A DNA stretch of 64,000 nucleotides. Source: an uncultured Chloroflexia bacterium (lineage in GTDB: Bacteria; Chloroflexota; Limnocylindria; QHBO01). The DNA lies in the NCBI GenBank assembly GCA_963825525.1, contig CAWGTN010000003.1:1-64000 (forward strand), read 5' to 3'. This document shows positions 42,101-50,236 of the stretch, one piece after another. The notes beneath the pieces are model-generated. The model did not search any database. It was not told the origin of the DNA and saw only the letters and a program-made list of their open reading frames with translations. Each line of letters begins with the position of its first letter. The first letter of the stretch is position 1. The position numbers were made by a program, and so were the translations under genes.

Positions 42101-42228
42101 CGGCCGAGCTCGGCACTGTGGTGATCGGCGGCCTGCTGAGCTCGACGTTCCTGACCCTGATCGTCGTACCGGCAGCCTACTCGCTGGTGGAGGGTCTGCG
42201 GGCTCGGCTCGGGGGGCGGCCGGCCTGA
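39136..42228 (+). CDS. RND efflux transporter permease (AcrB/AcrD/AcrF family)
   Basis: 1030 aa; GRVVDDSIVVLENI, GIVVTNAIVL, RVRPILMT. Confidence 0.92.
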   Translation: MNWITRAAVSRRSVTMLLATGLFVAGLLSWGSLKQELLPDVEFPVATVIAPFPAAGADDVATQVVAPIERALQSIGGVDQLRSTSANSIGFVTVQFEYGTDIDEATTAMEESIAALGLPDGVEPVVSALNINASPVIVAAISSESASLAELGGIATDLIVPKLEGISGVADVELNGGLEERVTITLDPTALAASGIGVPQIQGALAAANVTIPSGELPSDNESIPVTTIGAIGSVEELEGVIIGANPSTTPPTPVTLGDVADIATDEVATTGYARINGSEALGLTVSKTSSANTVDVSDAVSEALDEIVAESGADLEIEIVSDQADFIIESRDGLLREGGLGAVFAILTIFAFLFSLRSTFVAALSIPLSLLIAVVAMQLSGITMNIMTLGGLAVAVGRVVDDSIVVLENIYRHRAMGEDRLTASLRGPAEVAGAVTWSTLTTVAVFLPLGFAGGLISQFFLPFALTTAFALLGSLLVALTVIPVLAYFLVSAPSGSVDESGEPMRSIWVRIYDPTIRATLRNRWTRLGAVLGALLLFVASLAIVPLLPTTFLNSGSEKILVINVAPPAGASSLAVRDRSAEAEDLVLGDDEVELVQTTVPPEGDTGFRTLISAQAGRAANSATMFVRLDSDADLEEAALRLEETLGPIETDGWDATVQQASGPGGSSNLALVVSGPDLDSVEMGTATIIDAVAPIEGLGTVTSDLVAAAPQVEIRVDTRRAAAAGVSAAQVGGVVRGALTPTPVTTIRPDDAGAEPVQVILQLDPEAVDSVEALGRLPVGPGVTLADVATIDEQNVRATVSRVGGTASSTVSGEVIGEDTGAISAAVQAELDRLENDGELPAGVSVSVGGVSQQQAEAFGGLFVAMGVAVALVYLMLVLAFNSLITPFILLFSLPLATIGAFPALLLTGRPIGISALIGFLMLIGIVVTNAIVLLDLVERLRAEGVPLKEALIRGGHTRVRPILMTALATILALVPLAAGLNEGSIIAAELGTVVIGGLLSSTFLTLIVVPAAYSLVEGLRARLGGRPA

Positions 42229-42255
42229 CCCACCGCCGACCGCGTTTCCAACCCT

Positions 42256-42395
42256 CGCGACTGGTCATATGCCGCCGTGGTTCGCATTAGCCGGCAGTGA
42301 GCCGATGTGGCCGTCACCTCCACGCTCACGGAGCAGCCGATCGGCCGTCAGGAGCTCGCTAATGCGAATGACGCGAGCATTTGGCAAGACACGCG
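42256..42395 (+). repeat. palindromic intergenic element, family 1 copy 2
   Basis: GGTTCGCATTAGCCGGC...TCCACGCTC...GCTCGCTAATGCGAA...GAGCATTTGGCA. Confidence 0.85.
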
Positions 42396-42404
42396 GCGAC
42401 GCAC

Positions 42405-43101
42405 TTAGGGGCCGTCGATGCCAGCCCCTGCCCGGCTGGGGTCGCGGTCGGCCAGCTCCCACGCATGGTCCATGGCGTGTTGGGCGGTGCGACGGATGAG
42501 GAAGCGCAGCGGCCACTTGCGCGCCGGCCGGTTCTCGGCGTGGTACTCGCGGATCGCTGCCACGTAGCGCTCGCGGAGCGCCGGCTAGCTCCTCCGGCGT
42601 GAGGCGGACCTCATCATCTTCGCGGATGGCCACTTTGCGCCAGAAGTTATGGCGTTCCGAGGCGTAGACGTGGCGGACGATCTGGTCCCGCTCACGCCCG
42701 CCGCCTCGTGGGCCCCTGCTCAGCGGTGCGGCGTCGCTCCCGACACGTCGTCGAAGTGCTCCCATGCCGCCTGCATGAGCCCGATCCGCCGCTCGAGCTC
42801 GTCATCGGCGAGTGGCTCCGCTTCGATGACGGACGGCACGTGGGCGATGCCCCACCAGTCGGTCGACGTATTGCCCGGGGTGCGCTCCACGATGTGCGGA
42901 ACGGCGCCTCGCTCGAACTCGGAACGGAGGCCGGCCCGCTCAGCGACCGGCGCATAGCGCGGCACGATATGCGAGCAGCTTCTCGACGGCCTCGTCCTCG
43001 GTCCGGCCCCAGCGTTCGAGTCCTGGCCAGTCCATGGCGGAGGCCACGACTCTCTTGCCCTTGGGGCCGATCTCGAGGAGGACGCGCAGTTGGTCCGTCA
43101 T
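42405..43101 (-). CDS. conserved hypothetical protein (DinB-like C-terminus), frameshifted
   Basis: MTDQLRVLLEIGPKGKRVVASAMDWPG...IVRHVYASE...KWPLRFLIRRTAQHAMDHAWE. Confidence 0.65.
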
Positions 43102-43170
43102 GCCCACAGGCTACCCTCGATCGACGGGAGTTCGCATGACTCCGATAGGCGATAGGCCATCTCCAGGACC

Positions 43171-43308
43171 CGCGACTTGTCAAGTGCTCGCATGGTTCGC
43201 ATGGGCCGGCCGTGAGGGTCAAGTCGGCTCGGGTCCACGCTCCGGTGAAGGCGTACGAGGTCCCCGCAGCTCGCTAATGCGAACCTGGAGAGCATTTGGC
43301 AGGACCCG
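43171..43308 (+). repeat. palindromic intergenic element, family 1 copy 3
   Basis: Closest to copy 1; same arms and core. Confidence 0.85.
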
Positions 43309-43319
43309 AAGCCCCTGGT

Positions 43320-43677
43320 TCAGCCGATGCCGGCGGCGCGATCCAGGTACTGCAGGAGCTCGTGGGCGGCCAGCTCGACCGCCTTGTGCCGCCACTCGGC
43401 GGCGCGGTAGTGGCAGGCGATGATGCCGCTGCGGTGGATCCGTCGAAAGTCGCCCATCACGAATGCGTATCGGCCCTTCGTCTCGTCCGTGGCGTCATCG
43501 GTCAGGCCGAGGTGCCAGTCGGCGTAGTCGTCCCAGGCGTGTGACTCCAGGTAGCGATTCTCGGCGTCGGCATCGGGCTGAACGTCGCCCCAGGTGCTGT
43601 CGAGGACGTACTGTCGGGCGTCGATGCGCTCCTTTGCGCGCGTCGACGGCCCGCGTGTTCACCGAATAGGAAGCCAT
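43320..43677 (-). CDS. conserved hypothetical protein, frameshifted
   Basis: MASYSVN...IDARQYVLDSTWGDVQP...WHLGLT...GDFRRIHRSG...AAHELLQYLD. Confidence 0.6.
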
Positions 43678-43705
43678 GGCCTCCGCCCCTGCACAACCGC
43701 TGCCA

Positions 43706-44143
43706 TCAGGGCGACTCGCGGTAGGGGGCTCGCCAGTCGGGGGCGGGGAAGTCTTGAGCGAAATAGGCGCGGGAGCGGCTGATCCGTCCGTCGCGAACCT
43801 CGAAGATATTGAGCACCCACCACTGGGTGCCGTCCGGGTAGACCGCCCGGATGACCGCGGTGCCCCGCGTCCCCGTGCCCTCGACGCGAATCACGGTGTA
43901 TGACGGCGTGAGCGCGTAGGCCTCGTCGCTGATGACCTCCGCCAGCTGCGACGCGCCCGGATCCATGTCGGGGTAGTTCTCGAACTGCGCCCGGATCTGA
44001 GCGAGGCCACGGAACACTTCGCCGGATTGCGGGTACTCGAAAACCGCATCGTCCAGGAAGGCATCGTTCAGGCGATCCCAGTCCTGGCGCCCGATGGCAT
44101 CGGCCAGGGCGCTGATGACCGACTCGATCACGGATTCGCTCAC
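43706..44143 (-). CDS. SnoaL-like / NTF2-family protein
   Basis: DAVFEYPQSGEVFRG...FEVRDGRISRSRAYF. Confidence 0.8.
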   Translation of the reverse strand: MSESVIESVISALADAIGRQDWDRLNDAFLDDAVFEYPQSGEVFRGLAQIRAQFENYPDMDPGASQLAEVISDEAYALTPSYTVIRVEGTGTRGTAVIRAVYPDGTQWWVLNIFEVRDGRISRSRAYFAQDFPAPDWRAPYRESP

Positions 44144-44641
44144 GGCTTTGCCCCCTTCACCCTATCGCCGACTTGACCCACGGCCGCGGCCGGCACGGGG
44201 GCATCGATGGCCTTCACCTCGGCCGTGGAGAAGGCCGAGCGGCGCAGCGTCGCAAGGCTCCGCTCATGGACCTCGAGATACCTGCCGAGCGCCTGGCGGC
44301 GCACGTCCGCCGGCAGGTCTGTCCTGCGCCGACAGCTGCCGGTACCCGGCGTGCGTCATGTAGGCATCGACCACGGCGCGCAGATCTCCGGCAGGCATGA
44401 GCGTGGCGAGCTCGGGCAGCAGGCGCTCGAACGACGAGCGGTCGAGATCCGCGAGCAAGCCATGGTCGCGCCCGACAGAGATCGTCGTGCGATTCACGTC
44501 GAGCTCGAAGTAGACCGCCTTGGCCGCGTTGCGCGCCTGTCGCATGAACTGGCGGCGCTGGATGTAGAGGCCAACCAGCAGCCACCCCATCACGCCGACG
44601 AAGGAGCCAATGATTCCGGGGAGCAGATCGCGCCAGTCCAT
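44140..44641 (-). CDS. hypothetical membrane-anchored protein, frameshifted
   Basis: MDWRDLLPGIIGSFVGVMGWLLVG TM segment; reconstructed stop overlaps the next GTG. Confidence 0.55.
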
Positions 44642-44865
44642 CTTGGGCGGAGTATCGCGATGGGGACCGTCCCGCACAACGGGATTCTGCACAGGGGCAG
44701 GCGACCTACCCCGTCCTTCCTATTGCTCGGACGTCGGTCCCACGGTTTGGTTAGGCTGCCGATGCCGCGAGTGGCGAGAATCGCCCGGGCCGGCGATAGG
44801 AGGGACTCAGGTGGATCAACCACGAGGCTTTTCGGGGCGCTATCGCAGCGCGAGGAACCCGGTCG

Positions 44866-45498
44866 ATGGTGGCAATCGGCGCACTCGGCCTGGTCGTGGC
44901 CGCGGCGTTGATCGGGGTCGCTCACACCATGACCGGGTTCGCCTTGATCGAGCGAGCCGAATCCGGGATGCTGGCGGTTGGCGAGGCGGAGGCATTCGAT
45001 GCGACGTCCGTGGGCATCGGCATTGGTTACCTCGCGGCCGGGGTCATTGCCGCGATCGCGTTCCTCGCGTGGCTGAGTCGGTCGGTCGACAACACGCCGT
45101 CGCTCGGCGGCGGCACGCCGGAGTTCACCCCGCGTTGGGCGATCGGCTGGTGGTTCGTGCCGATCGCGAACTTCTGGAAGCCCTACCAGGTCGTCCAGGA
45201 ACTGGACTACCGAATGGCGGCCGAGAAGCCGGTTGACTCGCGGCTCGTGGTCGTGTGGTGGTTGTTCTGGATCGGCGGCTCCATTGCCGCATTCATCTTC
45301 GTGCGGCTCCCCGAACCGACCAACCTCGAAGAGCTCTCATCGTGGTTCACCGCGAGTCTCGTCATCGATCTCGCGCAAGCAGTCGGAGCCGTGCTGGCGA
45401 TCCTGGTCGTCAGACGGATCCAGCGTCGAGCCAACGAGCGCGCGGCCTCGCTCGACGCACCCTCCGATCAACCGCTGGCGGCCGAACCCGCCGTCTGA
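44866..45498 (+). CDS. DUF4328-like membrane protein
   Basis: FLAWLSRS...WAIGWWFVPIANFWKPYQVV...WWLFW. Confidence 0.75.
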   Translation: MVAIGALGLVVAAALIGVAHTMTGFALIERAESGMLAVGEAEAFDATSVGIGIGYLAAGVIAAIAFLAWLSRSVDNTPSLGGGTPEFTPRWAIGWWFVPIANFWKPYQVVQELDYRMAAEKPVDSRLVVVWWLFWIGGSIAAFIFVRLPEPTNLEELSSWFTASLVIDLAQAVGAVLAILVVRRIQRRANERAASLDAPSDQPLAAEPAV

Positions 45499-45528
45499 TA
45501 GCGGAGCGCCGGTAGTAGGCTTGGCGAC

Positions 45529-45861
45529 GTGATCAGCGAGGTGGTGCTCCAGGCATACGATGCGCTCGTGGCGACGCATCCGGAGCTCGAGCGCAAGGGC
45601 GCGACGATGCCCTACACGTCGCTCAACGGCCACATGTTCAGCTTCCTCACGCCCGATGGTGTGCTGGCGCTGCGGCTGTCGCCCGGAGATCGCGAGGCGT
45701 TCCTGGAGACGTACGCGACTCGGCCCGTCGAGCAGCACGGCGCGATCATGAAGGAGTACGTCGCGGTTCCGGCGGCGCTCCTCGATCAGCTGGACGCGCT
45801 CTCCCCCTGGTTTGACCGGAGCTGCGAGTACGCCGCTGGGCTGAAGCCCAAGAAGACCTGA
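45529..45861 (+). CDS. TfoX/Sxy N-terminal-like protein
   Basis: LNGHMFSF...LRL...IMKEYVAVP...YAAGLKPK. Confidence 0.7.
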   Translation: MISEVVLQAYDALVATHPELERKGATMPYTSLNGHMFSFLTPDGVLALRLSPGDREAFLETYATRPVEQHGAIMKEYVAVPAALLDQLDALSPWFDRSCEYAAGLKPKKT

Positions 45862-46049
45862 CGCACCGAGCCGCGGTGCTGGACGCGAGCGTCACCCTCG
45901 GCGGCAACCTCCTGCGCGGAACCCTGACAGGCGATTGTGCGTCTGCGGTCCATGGTATTCGGCGAGGACGCGAGCTACGCCGAACGGCCGCCGATGCTCG
46001 CGACAGTTGGCCGTCGCGGTCCGTTCGCGCTCCCGAGTAGACTCGCGCC

Positions 46050-46529
46050 ATGACTGCACCCGTGGCTTCAGATGCACCCATCCCGGCGTTCGCGCCGCTC
46101 CGCTACGTCGTCCACCTGATCATCGCGCTGGCGATCGCCGTGGTGAGCCCATTCACCGCCCTCGCCTGGCCGTTTGCCATCGGCGTCGGGATGGTGCTCG
46201 GATCGGGCCAGGCACGCCGTGAACGCGGAGAGACCTCGGGTCGCGGAGACGATCTGGCCACCGCGTTCATCGCAGCCATCGGGGTGATCGCGATGCTCTT
46301 CTTCGGCGCAATCATCGGCGGGATCATTGCCATCGTGGTCGTCGTGCTTGCCGCGTTCTCGGAGCGGGCCGCCGCGCACGCCTCGCCGATCGACCGCGGT
46401 GTCGCTCGAATTCTCGTGTTCCTCGTGCCGGCGGTCGCCTGGCTGGTCGTGTTCCCGCTGCTCGGGTTCACCGTCGACATTCGCTTCGGCGTCGTAACGC
46501 CCGCCGCAGTCCATACAATCGCTGGGTGA
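46050..46529 (+). CDS. hypothetical membrane protein
   Basis: 159 aa, 4-5 hydrophobic segments; overlaps the next start. Confidence 0.65.
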   Translation: MTAPVASDAPIPAFAPLRYVVHLIIALAIAVVSPFTALAWPFAIGVGMVLGSGQARRERGETSGRGDDLATAFIAAIGVIAMLFFGAIIGGIIAIVVVVLAAFSERAAAHASPIDRGVARILVFLVPAVAWLVVFPLLGFTVDIRFGVVTPAAVHTIAG

Positions 46530-46879
46530 CACACGTCGAGAGCGTCGAGCCGATCTTCATGGTCTCCGACCTGGGATCGTCCGTTGCCCACTACCAGCGA
46601 CTTGGATTCCGCATCACCAACCACGACGAGCGGTACGCATTCGCTCATCGCGACCACGTGACCATCCATCTCGGGCAGTCGTCCGGCGGTGCTGGGGTAG
46701 TCGGCGGCGGATCCATCTTCCTCCACGTCGACGATCCCGACGCACTGGCCATCGAGTGGCGCATGGCCGGGGTGGTCGACGTCGTGGAGCCACGGGACAT
46801 GGAGTGGGGCATGCGCGAGGGATCCGTTCGTGATTCGGATGGAAACCTCATTCGCTTTGGGACAAGGCTCAGCCGCTGA
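46526..46879 (+). CDS. VOC / glyoxalase / bleomycin-resistance family protein
   Basis: VSDLGSSVAHYQRLGF...MEWGMREGSVRDSDGNLIRFG. Confidence 0.85.
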   Translation: MTHVESVEPIFMVSDLGSSVAHYQRLGFRITNHDERYAFAHRDHVTIHLGQSSGGAGVVGGGSIFLHVDDPDALAIEWRMAGVVDVVEPRDMEWGMREGSVRDSDGNLIRFGTRLSR

Positions 46880-46911
46880 CGTGGTCACTGGCGCGTAGGG
46901 TTGAGACGCAG

Positions 46912-48012
46912 GTGGACAATCGGTCAATGACAATCGATCGGGGCGCGCAGGCCGCCACGGTGGGTCTCCTCTTCCTCTTCATCGGCGGCTGCGCAGCTGC
47001 GCCCGATCCGACCGTCACCGCCACGGCCGGGTCCCCGTCGGCAACGACTCGACCGTCATCGGCTGAGCCGTCGGCGACTACAGCCCCGACTCCCGAGGCC
47101 GAGCCCACCTACGTCGTCGAGACGTATCCCGTGCCGGCCGGCTCGCGGCCGCACGACGTGGCGCCGGCCAACGACGGCGGCGTCTGGTACACGGCCCAGG
47201 GCAGCGGCAAGCTGGGGTGGCTCGATCCGGAGACGGGCGAGGTCCGCGAAACTGCACTGGGGTCGGGATCGGCACCGCATGGGGTGATCGTCGGCCCGGA
47301 CGGAGCGCCGTGGGTCACCGACGGCGGTCAGAACGCAATCGTGCGCGTTGATCCGGAGTCGAATGCGGTCGACGTGTTCCCGCTTCCGGCGTCCGCCCCG
47401 AACGCGAACCTCAACACCGGAGCATTCGACGCCGATGGCGTGCTGTGGTTCACCGGCCAGGCCGGCTGGTACGGGCGACTCGACCCTGCCACCCGATCTC
47501 TCGAGGTCTTTGCCGCGCCCCGTGGCCCAGGTCCCTACGGGATCACGGCCACGCCCGACGGTGAGGTCTACTACAGCTCGCTCGCCGGCAGCTACCTCGC
47601 CGCGGTCGATCGAGGCACGGGCGAGGTGCGCGTCATCGACCCGCCGACGGCCGACGCGGGTCTCCGGCGCGCCTGGTCGGACAGCAGCGGGGTGCTCTGG
47701 GTCAGCGAGTGGAACGCGGGACAGCTGGCCCGATACGACCCCGAGACCGATGCCTGGCGGGAGTGGCCGCTCCCTGGTGACGATCCACATGCCTACGCGG
47801 TATTCGTCGATGACACCGATACCGTGTGGCTCACCGACTTCGGCGGCAACGCCATCGTGCGATTCGACCCGAACACCGAGACCTTCACCAGCTTCCCGGC
47901 AGATAGCCAGCCGGCCGAGGTCCGCCAGCTGCTCGGACGTTCGGGCGAGGTGTGGGGCGCCGAGTCGGCCGCAGATCAGCTGGTCGTCGTCCGAACCCTG
48001 GACGGCCCCTGA
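46912..48012 (+). CDS. virginiamycin B lyase (Vgb)-like beta-propeller lipoprotein
   Basis: PHDVAP, PHGVIVGPDGAPWVTD, PYGITATPDG repeats; lipobox IGGC. Confidence 0.8.
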   Translation: MDNRSMTIDRGAQAATVGLLFLFIGGCAAAPDPTVTATAGSPSATTRPSSAEPSATTAPTPEAEPTYVVETYPVPAGSRPHDVAPANDGGVWYTAQGSGKLGWLDPETGEVRETALGSGSAPHGVIVGPDGAPWVTDGGQNAIVRVDPESNAVDVFPLPASAPNANLNTGAFDADGVLWFTGQAGWYGRLDPATRSLEVFAAPRGPGPYGITATPDGEVYYSSLAGSYLAAVDRGTGEVRVIDPPTADAGLRRAWSDSSGVLWVSEWNAGQLARYDPETDAWREWPLPGDDPHAYAVFVDDTDTVWLTDFGGNAIVRFDPNTETFTSFPADSQPAEVRQLLGRSGEVWGAESAADQLVVVRTLDGP

Positions 48013-48041
48013 ACTCGCCGCGGGCGCATTTGGGTGCCTGT

Positions 48042-48180
48042 GGGGAGTATCGGCCAGGACTTGGCCGAATTGTTCCGCCGGTGAGCGCGATAGCCAGGCT
48101 GACGGGCGCAAATCGGCTCATCTTGGCCAACCGTGGCCCGGAGATGGGAGAATCGGCCAGAACGTGGCCGTTAGTCCCAC
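48042..48180 (+). repeat. palindromic intergenic element, family 2 copy 1 (REPIN-like)
   Basis: GGGGAGTATCGGCCA-N5-TGGCCGA...AGCCAGGCTG...ATCGGCCAGA-N-TGGCCGTTAGTCCCAC. Confidence 0.8.
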
Positions 48181-48386
48181 CCACGGCAGAGGGTCCACGC
48201 GGCTCCGGACCGTATCACCGAACCTCCGTCAGCGTCGCCTCCCTCGATCGGCTCCAGGATGACCACGGCAGTCTCGTCGTGGCAGAAGGACGCGGGCCTG
48301 GAGCCACGGAAGCCGATGCGACTCATCATGGGCCAGGGGCCGGTGCTCCAGATTGCGGAGCGCCGCTGATTTCGCGGTTTGCTCTG

Positions 48387-48560
48387 TCAGGCCGGTTCGC
48401 CGACCACCTCGTATTCGCTCTGCACCAGGCCGGTTGCGAAGTCGCTGGTCCGAACGTGGCGCAGGCGAATGTCGCCAGGCAACTCGCCGAACAGGGGCTT
48501 GCCGGCCCCGAGAAGGATCGGGATGCGGGTGACGATCAGGCGGCGGACACCTCGGTCGCC
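48387..48560 (-). pseudogene. 3' remnant of a dihydrofolate reductase/RibD C-terminal family gene
   Basis: LIVTRIPILLGAGKPLFG...FATGLVQSEYEV with no N-terminal part. Confidence 0.6.
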
Positions 48561-48647
48561 ATCGCTTGTTGGCATCGTCCCCGCTTGTCGGGCCTCAGTC
48601 CTCGGCCGATGCGCTCACTGCCGCCTACGTCATGCGTCGAAGCGAGT

Positions 48648-49120
48648 CTAGAGATAGCCCTCCGGCACCGGGCCGATGATCTCGAGGCTGTGGCGTTCGG
48701 CGATCGCGGCGAGTGCCGCCTCATCAGTCTCCCCATCGGCGATGGCGTCGCTCAGCTCATCGAAGTATCCAGTCATCGCACCTGGCGCGTAGAGGTTGAG
48801 CTTCCGGCTCTGGACGGACCCCACCCGGAAGCCATGCGGGTGCCCTGCGGGATGTAGATGAAGCTGCCTGCCGGGCAGACGTACTCCTCGTCGCCGATGA
48901 AGATGATGTACTCGCCGGCGAGCACGTAGAACGCCTCGGCGCAGTCATGGTGGATGTGCATCGGGGGACCGAAGCCGGGAGGCTCATCGGCTTCAAGCAG
49001 CGTGAAGGCTCCGTCCGTGTCATCGGCGGCGGACTTGAGCGACATGGCGAAGTTGCCCAGGTCGATGGCGCGACCCTCGCCGGGACGCAGAACATAGGGC
49101 CGCTCGTTTGGTCCGGTCAT
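48648..49120 (-). CDS. cupin-domain protein, frameshift near 48840
   Basis: GPPMHIHHDCAEAFYVLAGE...PHGF. Confidence 0.8.
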
Positions 49121-49184
49121 GAATCCTCCTTCGGAAGCCGGTAGGTCAGACCCCGAATACGGTATTCGCGCCAGTCAACACGCA

Positions 49185-49586
49185 TTACGATGCGGCAGGA
49201 ATGACGTGGCAGATCCCCGACGGATCGCAGTCACGTGGTTCCAGGCGCTGCGCGCGCTTCCCAAGTCGCGCGAGCTCGCCTTCAAGGCGCCGCAGTTCGG
49301 CGATTCGCGCCTTCACATCCGCGTGGCGACGCTCGATGAGCTCGGTCACGACCCGGCACGGCGCGCCCCCCGCGTCGCGGACGGTGATCACCTGGGCGAC
49401 CTCGGCGAGGGTCAGGCCAACCGCCTGCGCGGCACGGATGAAGCCGAGCCGATCCACCGCATCGGCACCGTATGACCGATAGCCGGACTCCGTCCGTTCG
49501 GGTGGCATGAGCAGGCCGCGCTGCTCGTAGTAGCGAAGGGCGGTGGCCGGGACCCCGCTTCGGCGTGACAGTTCTCCAATTCGCAC
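49185..49586 (-). CDS. MerR-family heavy-metal-responsive regulator
   Basis: RIGELSRRSGVPATALRYYEQRGLL; Cys in APC and C-terminal DCDPSGICHVI. Confidence 0.88.
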   Translation of the reverse strand: MRIGELSRRSGVPATALRYYEQRGLLMPPERTESGYRSYGADAVDRLGFIRAAQAVGLTLAEVAQVITVRDAGGAPCRVVTELIERRHADVKARIAELRRLEGELARLGKRAQRLEPRDCDPSGICHVIPAAS

Positions 49587-49604
49587 GCATCCACGATACG
49601 CCGC

Positions 49605-49636
49605 TTGACATTCGAGTGCGGTAGAAGGTCCAGGAT
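49605..49636 (+). promoter_or_regulatory. MerR-type promoter with long spacer and dyad
   Basis: TTGACA + 20 bp + CAGGAT; imperfect dyad ACATTCGA...TAGAAGGT; divergent from merR. Confidence 0.55.
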
Positions 49637-49672
49637 ACGGGGAGGGGCGAAGTGGTGACACGAGGATGAGCT

Positions 49673-49942
49673 GTGACGATGAGCAATGACACCGAGGATG
49701 CCGTCCGCGCCTGGAACGCGGCCGCCGACCGGCTGCCACCCGGATGGAGCCTCGACGGCGTCCGGTGCACGTCGACCGGCCTTGCCCCCGGAGAGCGTGG
49801 CGATCAGTGGCGCGCCGTGGCGGTGAACGCGGATGGAACCTCGCTCGACGCCACGGCGGGCGATCCCCAGGCGGCTCTGAACGAGTTAGTCGCGAGGCTC
49901 GCCGAGCGCCGTCCCGATCAAGGGGCGCCCGGGGCGACGTAG
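49673..49942 (+). CDS. small hypothetical protein
   Basis: 89 aa ORF with GAGGA RBS, downstream of the MerR-type promoter. Confidence 0.6.
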   Translation: MTMSNDTEDAVRAWNAAADRLPPGWSLDGVRCTSTGLAPGERGDQWRAVAVNADGTSLDATAGDPQAALNELVARLAERRPDQGAPGAT

Positions 49943-50003
49943 GCCGCCGCCTGAGGTACGGTCCACCACCAGGAGCCGCTCTAGCTGGCCGCTGGTCCGG
50001 TCC

Positions 50004-50143
50004 GGGGAGTATCGGCCAGGAAGTGGCCGATCTGGTCACCACTTGACAGCAACAGCCAGGCTGCGGGACGGATCGTGCCTTCATGTTGGCCGATTGCCAT
50101 CCACACGCGGGAGGATCGGCCAGAGAGTGGCCGCTAGTCCCAC
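50004..50143 (+). repeat. palindromic intergenic element, family 2 copy 2
   Basis: Direct repeat of 48042..48180 with diverged spacers. Confidence 0.8.
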
Positions 50144-50236
50144 CGGGCGGGAGTGGCGCGCTGGGGTGTAGCCATCCCGTTGGCCACGCGCAGCACGTTG
50201 AGGGTGCTCAACGACCCAAGCCGAGCCGTATCATCC

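Noticed and set aside
37212-43308. Family 1 elements as integron attC sites
   Set aside because: No RYYYAAC...GTTRRRY ends, no integron integrase in the window, and flanking genes are in mixed orientation.
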